Assembly: GCF_000143415.4 (NCBI RefSeq)
Contig: NW_003314402.1
Location: 73,804-137,803 of the forward strand
Source of the DNA: Selaginella moellendorffii
Taxonomy: Eukaryota > Plantae > Lycopodiophyta
Direction of reading: 5' to 3'
DNA: 64,000 bases
Positions 11,338-24,900 of the stretch are shown here, piece after piece (within the stretch, counting starts at the first letter, position 1; each line of letters begins with the position of its first letter). The position numbers and the translations under genes were made by a program. The notes under the pieces are model-generated. The model was not told the DNA's origin and did no database searches. It worked only from the letters and a program-made list of their open reading frames with translations.

Positions 11338-13710
11338 ATGGGGATTTCGGAGCCTTCTCCGCCGGCAAGCCGCATTGACAACGAAAGCTTTCGGGCCGTG
11401 CGGGATGTCCTTGGCAGCGATGTCTGCGACATGGATCTCGTCCACGCGCTACACTTGGCGAGGAACGATTTGCAAGTGGCCGCCCACATTGTGCTCGACA
11501 CTCCGGGTTTTACAAATAGGAAGAGGCTCCAGCTTAAGGCTCCGACGAGCAGTACCAAGGCGAGGAACCCCAGCGTTGGTAAATCACGACGACAGGGATC
11601 TCTAGATGTACGCTGACACCAAAGGCCCGTGCGGCAAAATGTTCCATCGGCAGTGGATCGCCAAAACTCCCGCAAAAGCTGAGGCTTCTAGGACAGCAAA
11701 AATTGCCGAGGTGAGCAATGATAGTGAGACTTTAGATGATTCGGGAGAGCAATCGATGGCGGGGAAGAAGAGGCAAATAAGATTAAGAGTGAAGGAGGAA
11801 ACGATGCCGAGGTGGAAAGAACAACAGTGGTCGAGAGCTGCATTGAGACTGTCAGGAAACATGGCGAGGCTGTTTCGTGTTGGCGAGTTCGTGTCCTTCA
11901 ATTTTCCCAAGCCTGAAGCCGAAAGTAAGAAGAAGTTCTTTGAGCACAAGAAGGTTCGGCCGAAAGCGAGCTCCGACATTGTAAGGTTCTCGACAAAAGC
12001 TTCAGGAGAGGTACGTTTCACTTGACTTGTTTCTTCGTTTTAATTCTAACCATTTGCTCACAGATAGGACGGCTTCCAGCCGTCTGGGCCAAGTGTTTGA
12101 TACCTTTGGTTCACTCAAATAAAATAAGCATACTCGGGAAGTGCAAAATGGCACCAGAGGCTCTTTCTCTTATGAGCAGCATAGTTCTCGATTTGAGGTA
12201 GAGTTTTCTGTGTTTACCAGAGACGTTACGGATATGATGTGCTTGCAGAGTTTATATCAACAAGTCGTTTTTTGTGAAATACAAGGGAACTGTATCGATT
12301 GAAGAGACAACCTTTCGCCCGCTTCCGTCGTTGATGGAGCTGCTAAAGATGACTCCTCAGAAAGGTACAACATGGTTTGGTTTAGCTGTTCTTATAGCAT
12401 AGTTTTGTTTTGTAGGCGCAGTTTACACCAGAAGATTTAAATGTCTACACTCGTCGACGTCCAGAGGTAGTTATTTCAAAGAGCCAGGCAATGTGTAGAC
12501 ATTTTTGTTAAACAGGAAGGGCCACCTTCGAAGCGTTCAAAACCTGAGCAGAAGGATAACGAAGATTCTGTTATGCTCGATTCGGAGGTTGATCACGTGG
12601 TTGGCACCAGTGACAGTCGCGAACTGAAGGTATGCATATGCTTATTGTTATGTTTTCCATGTTTTAACATTTTATACACCAGGAAATGGAGGAACCTCAA
12701 GATCTAGAATGCAAGCTGAGGCCTTACCAAAAGCAAGCGTTGTTTTGGATGTCTCAACTGGAAGATGGCGTCACTCGGGAGGATGCTGCTAAAGCGCTTC
12801 ATCCTTGCGAGCCTCTGCTTTTTACGTGAATTCTTTTTCTGGCGATTTCCGAGCGCACTGCAGGCTTCAAGAGGAGGGGTATTTTGCTCATAAATCTCAT
12901 TTGGTATCTTATGTTTTGATCAAATCAGATTCTCGCTGATGCTATAGGCCTTGGTAAAACGGTCATGACAATATCTCTTTTGCTCTCCAATCGCCGCAAA
13001 GGATGTAGTACATCTCAGGTGCAGCCAACACAGGCAAAAACGAAGTCTTTTAAGAGTTTAAAGGAAGGTGGCACTCTTATAATTTGTCCCATGACTTTAC
13101 TTAGTCAATGGCGGGTATGTATTTTTTCGCTGATGTCTGTGCAAGTTCTGAAGCCTGTGCTTGCAGTCAGAGCTGGAAGCGCACGTATCTCCTGGTACTG
13201 TCTCTGTTTTTGCTTATTACGGACCTGATAGATCAAGAGATGCTAAAACACTCTCGAAGTACGATGTCGTCTTGACTACCTATGGCGTTGTTCAATCGGA
13301 ATGCAACAATGTAAGTTAGTAGTTTGATTGGTAGTTTGAAACAGTTTCACACTCACGGTGTTTAACAGAGCGGAGGCGAAGGACCAATCCATAATGTTCA
13401 TTGGTTTAGAGTTGTACTGGACAAAGCTCATTCTATCAAGGCAAATAAGTCTTGTGTTGCTCAGGCTGTTTTCAAGCTTGTTGCCGACCGCAGATTGTGC
13501 CTTACTGGAACTCCTGTGCCAGTAAGAACCTCCTGCATATGTTTTGGGTTTAAATATCTTTTGTTTTTCAATGCAGATATTGAATGCCAACTATCTGAGT
13601 CTGGTGATTTTTATGATGCCCTTTACCAGGCATGAAGAACTTCTCTTTCTTTTTTTTTCTCTTTTTTCTGAACACGTTTTTACTTCTGTGATCAGGTAAA
13701 ATTCGATCAA
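11338..13710 (+). pseudogene. RAD5: RAD5-like pseudogene retaining HIRAN and SNF2 motifs I-III, lacking RING and HELICc
   Basis: ATG 11338 (MGISEP...). LRPYQKQALFWM at about 12716, ILADAIGLGKTV at about 12929, TLIICPMTLLSQW, RVVLDKAHSIK (DEAH mutated) at about 13408; small introns retained. Confidence 0.88.
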
Positions 13711-13972
13711 AGCCAAGGCCCGGTGTGCTTCCAAGGGAAACATTCCATACTTTGAGATGTCTGCCAAGGAAGACTACAACGTGGAGGCTGCGTTTCAATG
13801 CATTGCCAAGAATGCCTTGAGGAGCGAACCCGAGGAAGACTTGTAAGTTTTGCTTGTTTCTTCTTGTGATGTTTCAAGCTCACATTTAACTTCTGGCAGC
13901 AGCTATCTTCCAGACACGATGAAAATTACAAATAACAACAGACGGCCAAGATCGTCTGGCTGCGAGTGTTGA
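13711..13972 (+). pseudogene. RAB7: Rab7/RabG3 GTPase 3' fragment (last two exons)
   Basis: [42 protein letters not shown] / YLPDT..RRPRSSGCEC* (CxC prenylation end). Confidence 0.85.
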
Positions 13973-14755
13973 TCTACCACTACTGTCCCTCTATCAATAA
14001 GTGTTTTTGCTTTCATTTTATATGGTTTATTTCTTTCTTTTCTTTTTACTCTCTCCTTTCACTCATTGGCCATGGATTTTTTCCCTTCTCTTTTTTTTTT
14101 TTTTTTTTTTGCTACGAAATAATTTTTTTTCTTGGATCTTGTATCTAGTTACTACTAGTAGTGCAAAAATTCTTGTGTTTGTATATTATTAAATTTTATT
14201 TGTTTCTAATGGATTGCTAGTTGACAAGAATTGGGTCACCACATGCCTAGTTTTTCACGATTCCACAAGTCTGGGTTAAAAATAAGCGAAGCCTGTGATT
14301 GACACTGCATTATAAGAGTTTCCAATCCTTGGCAGCGATGCAACTTCGAAGCTGTGCAACCCTTTAATTATCTTATTCAGCCGCCAATTTCATTGTCCCA
14401 AAGTATGGGGAATGTGGCACAAACCAAAGCAATCAGGATCGAGAGAGATCGCTACATTGATCTCGAAAAGAGAAGAACTAAAGGTATGATGCATATTCTT
14501 AATAATTTTATGTTTTGCATGTTTTACCATTTACTCTATACACCAGGTTTTAAAATACTCAAAACCACGAGAGTAAAGTAATATCCTGAGAATACGATTT
14601 GTAAGAAAATAAATAAATGTTTCTTCTCCTAACGCTGCTGACGCTGTGAAATTTCTGTTTTCGTTTTTTGATGTTCTGCTTGTGATGCAAAATGGTGTAG
14701 CATTTGCGCAGATCTTTGAGAACCCAATCGATGTCCACTGAAGGAGCAAGGTTTA

Positions 14756-17700
14756 CTAGGGCCCATATATCTTGAGATCTGGCCGCTCCTCAAGCCATGG
14801 TGGAACTTTCGTATCTTTTTGGCAGCGTAGGACTTTGAGCCTAGGAAATAAGCCAAGGCCGTGATTGTCTGAACTCAATTGTGGCCACACTACATCATGA
14901 CGACCAAGGAGCTCAAGTTCCTCCAATCCTGGAAGGGATGAAATGGATGATGGAATATTTTCGATCCTACCCAAGGTTACACCTCTTAGAGCAGTCATCT
15001 GGTCTGTTGGCTCAAAGAAATCATTGGGGAGCTGCTTACTAATAGCCTCCCTTGCAAATAATTCGACCTGTTTCACCTTCAGCTGTGATCTCTCAGTTGG
15101 CATCAAGAGTCTCCTCATGTAACCTGCTATACAAACTTGCAGATCATCAAGGTCTTTGGGGAGTTGTGTCACAAAGAGAGGCAAATGCTCCCATGTATTA
15201 TCAGGAGCCAGATAGAATGTTAAACTCTTCAGGTTTGGAAGACTTGCTGCCAAATCATCCTTGAACTCCAACTGTGCAATGTGTAGATTTCGAAGCTCCA
15301 GACGTTCGAGGCATGGGAACGATCCATCCAGACTGAAGAACTGGATACCACTGCAGTCTATGTGAAGTTCTCGTAGCCGTTGAAAGCCCTTTAGCCAAGA
15401 CAGGTCTTTCATTGTCTCATTGTTTGTGATCCTTAAATATTGTAGCTGTAGCCATTCGAGGCTTTCGGCATTGTTTTCACCGTCTTGTACCCCATCAATC
15501 GAAAAGTGCTGAAGCTGTTTGGAATTCTTAAACATTCGCTTCCAGTCAAGTTTGATAGTCAATGCCACCCTAATGTCACATCGTCTTAGATTGACAAGTT
15601 GCCACGGGCCGGTGAAATCGCCAAAGTCCATGCTCTTTGCCCGCAACTCCAGTGTCTCAATGTCCTCTAGTGCACCAAGGCTGTGAGGTGTTTTTATTGT
15701 TGCCTTGTGGAGGCCTAGCTCTAAATGTCTTAGCTTGTGTAGGCTTGAAATTCCACTCAAATCCACAGCTAACTCCTCATAGGAATCAAGCTCCAGCTCT
15801 TCCAAGTTAAATAATTGGAGTAGTAATGCAAAGTTGAATTTCTTGATGTCATTGCATTTCAAAACCTTCAGTGATGTCAAGCTGAAGAGCGCATCTGGCA
15901 ATTGAGGCACACCTGAATATCGAAGGTCAAGCACTTGAAGGTTTCTCAGCTTGGATATGCTCTCTGTAATAAAACGGACCAAATTAGAGCATCTATTCAA
16001 GCTCAATACCTTGACATTTTGGATGTGATCTATACTAAGACTGACATCCACACCAGAAATTCCATAACATCCATCGAGAAGCAAGACATCTCGCACATGA
16101 ATGTCAGACAAAAGGCTGCTTGTAACCTTCTTTCCAATGAATGAAACTTTAGAAAATGTTGGAGAAATCCCAGGTGGACAATCATAGCCAAACAGGCATC
16201 CCTTCTCGTGCTCTTCCTGGGGTGGGTACTTCCCTTTCAAGATTCTTATGCACAGCTTGCGTACCATATCGTGCACAGTTACGGTTCTTCTCAGGGCCCA
16301 CCATCGAGAATCAGTTGTCTTCACTAGGCATCTTCGTTCCAGTTCACTAACAATCTGCAGAGGCGAGAGTTCTGACCCAACCGCTATCCAACATTTTCTC
16401 AGATTAGCAAACTGGATTCGCTTATCTTCTGGAAACGCAGCCACATAGAGAAAGCACTCTTGCAGCTTTTCATCCTTATTAAAGCGTCCCAGCTCGTCAT
16501 AGCTAAACTTCAAGCGCTGGAACATCCGCTTCTCAATGTCCCCATCATTCAACAAATGCATCTTCTGATAGCGTTCTTTCCACACCTGTGGCCCCTCATT
16601 CCTGTAGACAGCCATGGCACTGCCAATCACTTCAAGAGCTAAAGGGAGCCCCTCACATTTGCTAGCTATTCTCTCGGCAACTTTCACAATGTCCGGATCA
16701 CTAGGTAGCGAATCATAAAAGGCAAACTTCCAAAACATCTTTTTGCTCTCGTCCTCTGATAGCTCATGCACAGGAAATGCCTTTGCACCCAGCATGCTCA
16801 AAATGCCTTCCTTTCTGGTTGTTACCAGCACCCGGCTGTAAGAGGACGGCCCTGCTATAAAATCCAGTCCTTTTGCCCAGCTCGTGTTCCACATATCATC
16901 CAGTATCAACAAGACATGGTTGCCACGAGCAACATTTTGTGCCATCTGTTGCACATGCTCAATGGTGCCTGCATTTTGGGCCCTCTCCTTCATGTCGCCC
17001 CATTCAAGAGCGTTGAGGAGCTGGGCCCTGAGATCATCCTCCGATGCATCTTTCTTGACAGTAATCCACACAATGTTGTCATGGAAATGCTGCCGGACCC
17101 TCTCGTCATTGTGCACCCAGCTTGCAAGGGTGGTCTTGCCACACCCTCCCATTCCCAGGAGTCCAAACCATTTCCCCGGGGCTTGTGGATCCAGGAGGGC
17201 ATTCACCACCTCATCCAGCTGCTCCCCATGGCGGCCAAACATGTCGTTGGGAACACCACGCCGTACATACTTTACGAGACCTCTGTCTTGTGGACAACTC
17301 CGTACGGAAAAGCTGGTGCTCGGCTGTATCACTTTCAACTCTTCTCGCTCGTAACTTTCAATGTGCGGGAGGAGATCGCCCTCGCAAGTGCGTACCAGCT
17401 CCGAAATCGCGCCAGATCGCTTCTCCCTGCGCGAAAGATCCATCTTTTAGCTCCATTGCTTCAAACATGAATTCGAATAAGCCTTACTGTGATCCAAGCA
17501 GCGCTTGCGCCTTCTCAGTCCATTCAGTCAGTTCAGTCAGCCACGCCTCAGCCTCACCAGAGTAGCGGAAATCTGGATTCCTGTGCTTGGGAGCATTAAA
17601 CTTGTCAAGCGTGGCCTGGATTCTGGATGACCTCTTCTTTAGCTCCTCAATGTGGACATTCAGCTCATGCTCGTGACCCTGGATCTGCGACAGGAGATCG

Positions 17701-17787
17701 CCGTAGGCACTTAAGGACTTCGCGATCTCGTTACTCCGCTTGTACCTATAGGAAGTGGAGAAGTTCAACCAGCTGCCTGCCATTTCT

Positions 17788-17818
<31 letters not shown>

Positions 17819-18120
17819 ATAAAATGCTACTGTACCGACCGCTTTATGGGGCTCCAGATCCTGTTATGGCGTGATCCCAAGAGTGCTTGTGCCTTGGTGT
17901 TCCATTCCCTGACACGCTCCAAGCATTCCTCGGCCGCTTCAGAGAACATAAAGCCAGGTCCATTTCGCTCCTTGTGGCGACCGAAAGCGTTGATCTTGTC
18001 CCGGATGTGGGGCGCCTTGTTCTCCAGCGTTTCAATGTTGGCATTGCAGTCCCATATCTTCTTAGCAGGGCCCAGAGCCAAGCCACACAAGGCGCTTGCC
18101 AAGGAGCCCACAACCTCCAT
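14756..18120 (-). CDS. NLR copy 2: CC-CC-NB-ARC-LRR, about 1069 aa, single LRR block; exons 18120-17840, 17745-17488, 17426-14756
   Basis: Same motifs and splice sites as copy 1; ORFs 17827-18120, 17484-17813 and 14756-17443 join in frame. Confidence 0.9.
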
Positions 18121-18346
18121 GCCTGTAGACCTACAAGTAAACGTCGTCTCCCAGAACTCTTGGCCTTGGTACCCTCTCTTAAAATGAACAGTAATTTTCA
18201 GAGAGGTATAAGCTGTTACAAGTGACTTCAGTTTAATTGGAGTTGATTGCTTGCAGTAGAGCGAGTACTAAAGGGCCTCATCCCTCTTGCAATGCCAGCT
18301 GTGGCTCTCTCTCTCTCTCTCTCTCTCTCTCATCGCTCCGACAGGC

Positions 18347-18960
18347 ATGCTCCGACATTGTAAGTTTCTCCAGGAGAGGTAACTTTTGTCGCTTTGTTTT
18401 AGTTGCACACAGATAGGACGCCTTCCAGCTGACTGGGCCACGTGTTTGATTGCTTTGGGTCAAGAAAACGTACTCTGGGTCTGGGAGGTGCAAAATGGCA
18501 CCAGAGGCTTGCAGAGTTTGCATTGATAAACTCGTATTGACATCGATTGAAGAGACAACGATTCTGTCGTTGATAGAGCTTCTAAAGGTAACTCTTCCCA
18601 AAAAGTTAAAACACGGTTGACTTGGTTGTTCTCATAGCATCATTTTGTTTTGTAGACACACCAAAAGACTTAAATGTCTATACTCGTCGACCACCAGAGG
18701 TAGTAGCAAGCCAACGTGTGATACAATCTGTGACATTTTCTTGAAATAGAGAATGCCACCTTCAAAGTGTTCAAAATTTGAACAGAAGCTTTTGCTTATA
18801 CCTTTGAGGTTAATCACAGATCACAGTTGCAAATTACAAACTGAAGGTACACATATGCTTATTGCTATAGTTTCCATACAGCAGGAACCTAAAGGTCTAC
18901 CAAAGGCAACTTAACTAAAAGATCGCATCAACTTGGGAAGACACTATTATAAGTTCTTGC
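18347..18960 (+). pseudogene. RAD5: Older, more decayed RAD5 fragment (HIRAN end and linker)
   Basis: Colinear degenerate match to 11969-12810, e.g. gggaggtgcaaaatggcaccagaggc and atcgattgaagagacaac. Confidence 0.7.
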
Positions 18961-21900
18961 AGTTCACAACATTCTCCTAATTATGGTTTTTTTAAGACAT
19001 AGTTTTTTTATGTTTGATATAGCTTTCAATGTAGGGAATATGGTTTAGCAACCTGATTCTTATCATCCCATTGTTCACTATTTTTGAGACTAGAAATGTA
19101 TATGGTTTATTTTGTAATGGAAAATAATATACTTTTGAACTAGGATAGTTTATATGTTTTAATATAGTTAACACTCTGGAACTTGATTTATAATATTAAG
19201 GACATCAAAAATTATTGGTTTGCTTAAGCAAACCTATAGGGGGACTGAGATGGTAGTGAATATACCTAGAATATGCTTGGATATTCTGGGATATTCTACC
19301 ATCTAACGGTTGGTATTCATTTAGATTAATCTGGTATTTATAATTTATAAACATGTTTATAATTTATAAACTTTTCTAAACCCTTTCTAGTATATTCTTT
19401 TTTATTCTATTATCTAATGGTTGATATGCAATAAGATTAATCTTGTGTTTATAAATTACTAACATGCTTATGATTATAAACTTTATTTGATCAATTAGAT
19501 TAATAAGTAATAATAAAACTACCATTAAGCAAACCAAGTGTTGCTACATGCAATGCGTAGCAATTTATTTTAAAATTGGAGTAAAGTTTGGTTTTCCTTA
19601 TGGATGACATTGTAGTTGATGATTTCATGAACAATAGACTAATGAGAATGGGAAGTGTGTTATCTTCCTTCTAAAACCCATTTTCAACTACATATAAAAG
19701 ACGTATATTCATGTAATTTATCTGTGACAATATTCTTTTGATAAGAGCATAGGTTATGCTGTTTAACAAATGTATGATGTTTTCAGCTGGAACTAAATTC
19801 CCACACTTTAGTAAGAAAAAAAAAAAAAAATTTATTTTCATTTGCTGCTAAATGTCCTCTCCCAATTCTATATGAATTGGGATTGTTGGCTACAACTTCC
19901 ATTTATATGACATATAAATGTTCTATTGCAAACACTTTTACCACATATTTAATTCTTCCTTGGATCCTCATAATATAACTAATTGCCACTTCTATAAGAT
20001 TGTCCTTATTGTTACTTCTATAGGACTGTTTTTATTGTGGGCACTTCTTGGAAATTTGTGATAAACTACATCTAAAACTAAATAAAAGTAGTTCCAAACA
20101 TTGTTATAATCTGGCACAATGCAAACTTCTCTAACTAGAGCATCCATTAGTAAGATGCAAGTATGATTAAACTGTGTGGTGATATTTCATTAGAGTTCTT
20201 TTTGGTCCACTTGCATAATAACTAAGAAAAAATTATTAGTTTCTACCAAAGGAATAGACAAATAAGCAATTTTTCACTAGTAGTATTTAGCATAGATAAA
20301 GACTTCAATTGCATCCCTAATCCCAACTAAGAATATCTTTATAATTTAAGTAAAACATATATCACTTGGTAAACCATACAATTATAAGCATGAAATATAA
20401 TATGATTATTACAACCTAGATTGTATGGATCCATCATAGTTGTGTTTTGCTTTTGCATTATAGCCTTAGCATGTATAACCACAATTTTTAGCTCTTCTTC
20501 CTCCAAGACATTTTCTTCAACCAAATTATTATTAGATAAACTATTCATCATTACTTCTAACATTACTAGTGATAAATATAATATTCTCTTGCAAATCATA
20601 TCCAAACCTATTTATTGGATTATATGGTTCTAACTTCCCCTCATATCCACTCTATCATTTTCTATCGTGCTACCTTATATATTTTTAATGAGAATAAATG
20701 TTTGCCTATACCTATAAAAAGTAGATTTGGTGAAAAAATAACCTTTTGTTCCCCTTGTTGCAACATATGATAAACAATGACAATTTTTCTTTTTCTTTTT
20801 TGCTTTGGTTTGGTATGAACTATTAAGATGTGCTATCTTCTGGCCAATCCAATCCTCACATAAGTATTGCAACCAATATTACAAAGTAAACACATTCTTG
20901 TAAAACTTGTGAAACTTAAAAATACATGATTATCACATGTCTCTTAGTGTTTTTAATGTTGTCAGCCTTGTGGTTTTTTTGCCACTTTCTTTCAAAAACA
21001 TAATATTGTTACAAATATTATTTTCAAGGTATTTTTCAAATCTTTATTTAGCAAATTTATGATGGAGGTAGAGGAGATAGATTGCCTGATCTGTGATTCT
21101 TTTTAGGATTGAGTTCATATATAGTGTTGGATAAACATAGAATACAAAAAGGTTGAAACTTTTTACTTACTTTTATTGAAAAAAGTCTCTTTATTTTAGT
21201 ATCATGCTTACTTTAACAAAAATCTTTGGCCCTTTGAGCTAAGTAAAGACCACTTACATTTCTCTAAAACTATGAAGGTCTATTGAAGATTTGGCTTATA
21301 TCCTAGTGCATCTAGTGTGCTAACCATATTTTTAAATGATTTTTTATTTGGTTTTGGAAATCTTTTATCTACAATTCTCATATGCACTATTGTTTCTTGT
21401 TGTTAGATTTTACTATTGCATTCACAATAACGTTCATATGTCTTCAATTGATTTTGACATAATGCAAGCTATATAACTATATTCAAGGATGCCCCATGAC
21501 TTGCAAATGATTTTGGACTTAAAAAATAATTGAGGTTGGGATCAGTGGCATGGATGGCATGCTACTGTTTTACATTATAGTAAGGTCCACCCACCATAGT
21601 GTTATTTAGCCTACAAAACAGATAAAACTGATAAAGTGATGTTTTTAATTATACATTTTTTAAGATAGTTATGTGATTAGGGTATATGTTATGACTTGAC
21701 GTTTGAAAGAAATTCTATACCCCAAAAGTAATTGAAAAGAAAAAATGATTCAATGATGCAACTATGGAGATAGAAAGTCTCTCTAGACCATAATATTAGA
21801 TATGGTAACAAATAAATTTGATCTTAGACAAAGTGAAAAAAAAAAATTTAATGCACATAATTATGAGAGCATAAAATATTGAGTGAAGATTTAACTAAAA

Positions 21901-24900
21901 TTAATATAGATTTGTTAATCAATTTGTATATATTTTTTACATTTAAACTTCCCACATGTGAACTAAGGTTTAGTGGGCAGTGAAATTGTAGAAGTGCTAA
22001 GTTTTTTTATCTGCCCATCGTTTTGGTTGAATTGGCAAATTGAGATATGGTAAGCAATAAGTGAAAATGCATGAAATGAATCCCTTTTTTGTTTCCTCAA
22101 ATGTTAATAACCCAAGCAAAATTGAATGGACTATGTAGAAAAGCATTGTGTAAATATTAGCTGGAGTGTTGCCAAACTTCCTCAACAAGATTCAGAGTAA
22201 TAGATTTTTTGAAAAGGACCATTTCGATCTCAATATTCTAACATGGATGAACATTGGAGTAAAAACATGGGATGCAATCCAATTGATAAAGACATTCAAG
22301 AATCTCAATAATTCATCAGAGTAGGTATGCGATGAAAAGTAGGCCCAAAATGAAAGCCCTTCACAAAAACAATAGTGTCAGCTAACACCCACTTAGGAAC
22401 AAAACACTCTAAATCAAGGATTATGAGAGTGGCAACCAAGGTCTTTTTTTTTAACACCAATTTTTAATGTCAAGAAGTACTCTAAGCACTTATTAAATCT
22501 CCCATTAACTTTACTTAGCAAGAATCTACTTTATAAGTTATTATAGATCTTTCTCAACTACAAAAGAAGATACTTCAAATGTGAAAGACATGTAGAGTAG
22601 AGAATTAAGCTAATTGAGCGAGCTTACGAGCGTAAATTGGACAACCATTCCTTTTGTGTTTTTGAGCTTAAGATAGAAGAGACCTTCATTAGATTGTAAC
22701 ATTGATTTAAGAAAGTAGTGGTTGCTAAGATGGAACAAATAAAGGAATTCATAAAGTACTAGTATGACTAAAGTGTTGTGGAACTTCTTGCATTCAAGTC
22801 GAATATGAGATTAATATTGATAGATCTTGAGTTTTTGAATGTGCAAACCACATTAGTTTTAATGCAAAAAACTTCATAGTTTTCAATATAGCTTTTGCAA
22901 GATCTTCAAATAGCAAAGATCAGAATTTTAGATAAATGGCAATGAGTTAAAACTATAATAGTTGAGAAAGTTTATAGTGGCACACCCATTCGAAAGTACA
23001 GAGTCCTACAAATGAGGACAATTTCACTCATAAATGAGGATTTAATAGCCAATATAAAGATCTTTTCGCATGTGAGGTAAATCTATTTTAAAATGGCATT
23101 CTAAAATTATACTCAACATTGAAGAAAGAGGTATGCATTCATTTTAAAATTTAAGCTAAACATTATAGGAAATGTATTAATCCAAGTGCATAAGGGCCAT
23201 TGTTATTGACAAGGACAATAAGAAAACTATTAAAGGGGTATTTTTAAAAAAATAATTTTATAGTTTTTAATTTTTGTTTGTGTAGTTTCAAATTAAATCA
23301 TATGGCAATGGACGTGAGGAGCAACCTTTATACCCTAATAGATAGGATTAATAAAGAAATAGAGTGTGAAATTATAATTAAAGAAGAAAAAAATAATAGT
23401 TTAATTGTATATATGGATTATTTATTTTTTGGCTCTATTTAGAAATAGAGAAACACTGAAAGTGCTTCCTTAAGCAATTTTTTATTAAAATATAAATAAT
23501 ATTATAAAAAATTCTTCACTTGAAAAGAAAGATGTTAACAAAATAGAAGATTTGGCAAACAACACATAAAGAAAAGAGGTTTATTCCTTTTTGGCTTGTA
23601 TATATTAATTGTAACTAATTTGTATAATTTTATAATTTGCATCCATAATGGTAGGAGCCCAACCAATACCCACAAATATTCAAGTGTGTTGATTATTAGG
23701 CTTGTATATATTATATAATATAACTTTATTTACTTTTCTATGTAACATTAATAATATTGCAAAACAATGAAAGAGTCCAGCTAAATGATGAGACTACTCT
23801 TGCTGTGTATTAGGCAAAAAAGGTGGAAGACATTGTTAGGGCAATAACAAATCAATGTAAACTCAAGTAACAATCAACAGAATAGAATGAATGTGGTAAG
23901 ACCAATAAACACTTATTCATGCTAACTATCACATCAGCTAATCTAAATAGATTCCAGTCAACAATACCAAGGAACCAGAGTTGCTCAAGTGAGCGTTAGC
24001 AACATCCTACTAATATCTCAAACCCAAGAGACCAATCCAGAGCAAACCACAAAGAACATGTGATATTGCGAAAAGCTAGAAGCTATCAAAGAGAATAACT
24101 AACTATCACGAAAGATCATCAATCATCCCATCAATAAAGAAATGCATAATCATCGTCTAAGAAAGAATCCACCATCTCAAAGAGCAGCGAATCATTCTAT
24201 ATTAATAATAACCAAGCAAAACTTTTGACAAAGATAATCAACTATCTTAGATGATAGTCAATCATCATCAATGATTGCCATATGCAAATACTAACTTCAA
24301 TATCGAAGCTAACAAGCTAAAATGCCTTCCCCAACAACTCCCAATAAATGGAACAATGAACACAAAACTCAAAGAACTAAAAGCTCAAAGAAGTCTATAA
24401 CCAAGTCTTGACCAACAATGATCACAAGTCTCGCATGAATTAACTTCAATGTTAAAGATGAAAACCATGGTACAACCTACAATATCCTCCTCAACACATC
24501 CATAAGCTAAACTTCATAATACTAAGCTAATGAAGAGCATGTCTGCATCAATTCAAAAGCTAAACATAACGAAGTTATGCTCGACAAGTGATCATCAAAC
24601 GATCCTTCATGAATCCATCTATAGCAAGACGTAACTCACTTCATAACAAACACAAGAAAAAACTATCAATGATCAATATATTCCAACTCAAACCCAATAA
24701 AGATTCAAATATTCTAATATCGATCACTAACTCTTCCTCTCATAAAGTTAGCATCATCCACGACGAAATCACTTTTCAAGGAAAAGCCAAAGCTCAACCT
24801 TTACGAATTCATCTTATCTAAAACTCAACTAACTCAAACTTGCCACTCCGCTCGTTTGAACGTCAATACAGTTGCTAACTAACAAATACACAAATGTTAA

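Noticed and set aside
18942-18960. CACTATTATAAG as a CACTA terminus
   Set aside because: It aligns with decayed RAD5 sequence (gaggatgctgctaaag at about 12779). The end matching the right TIR and TSD starts at 18965.
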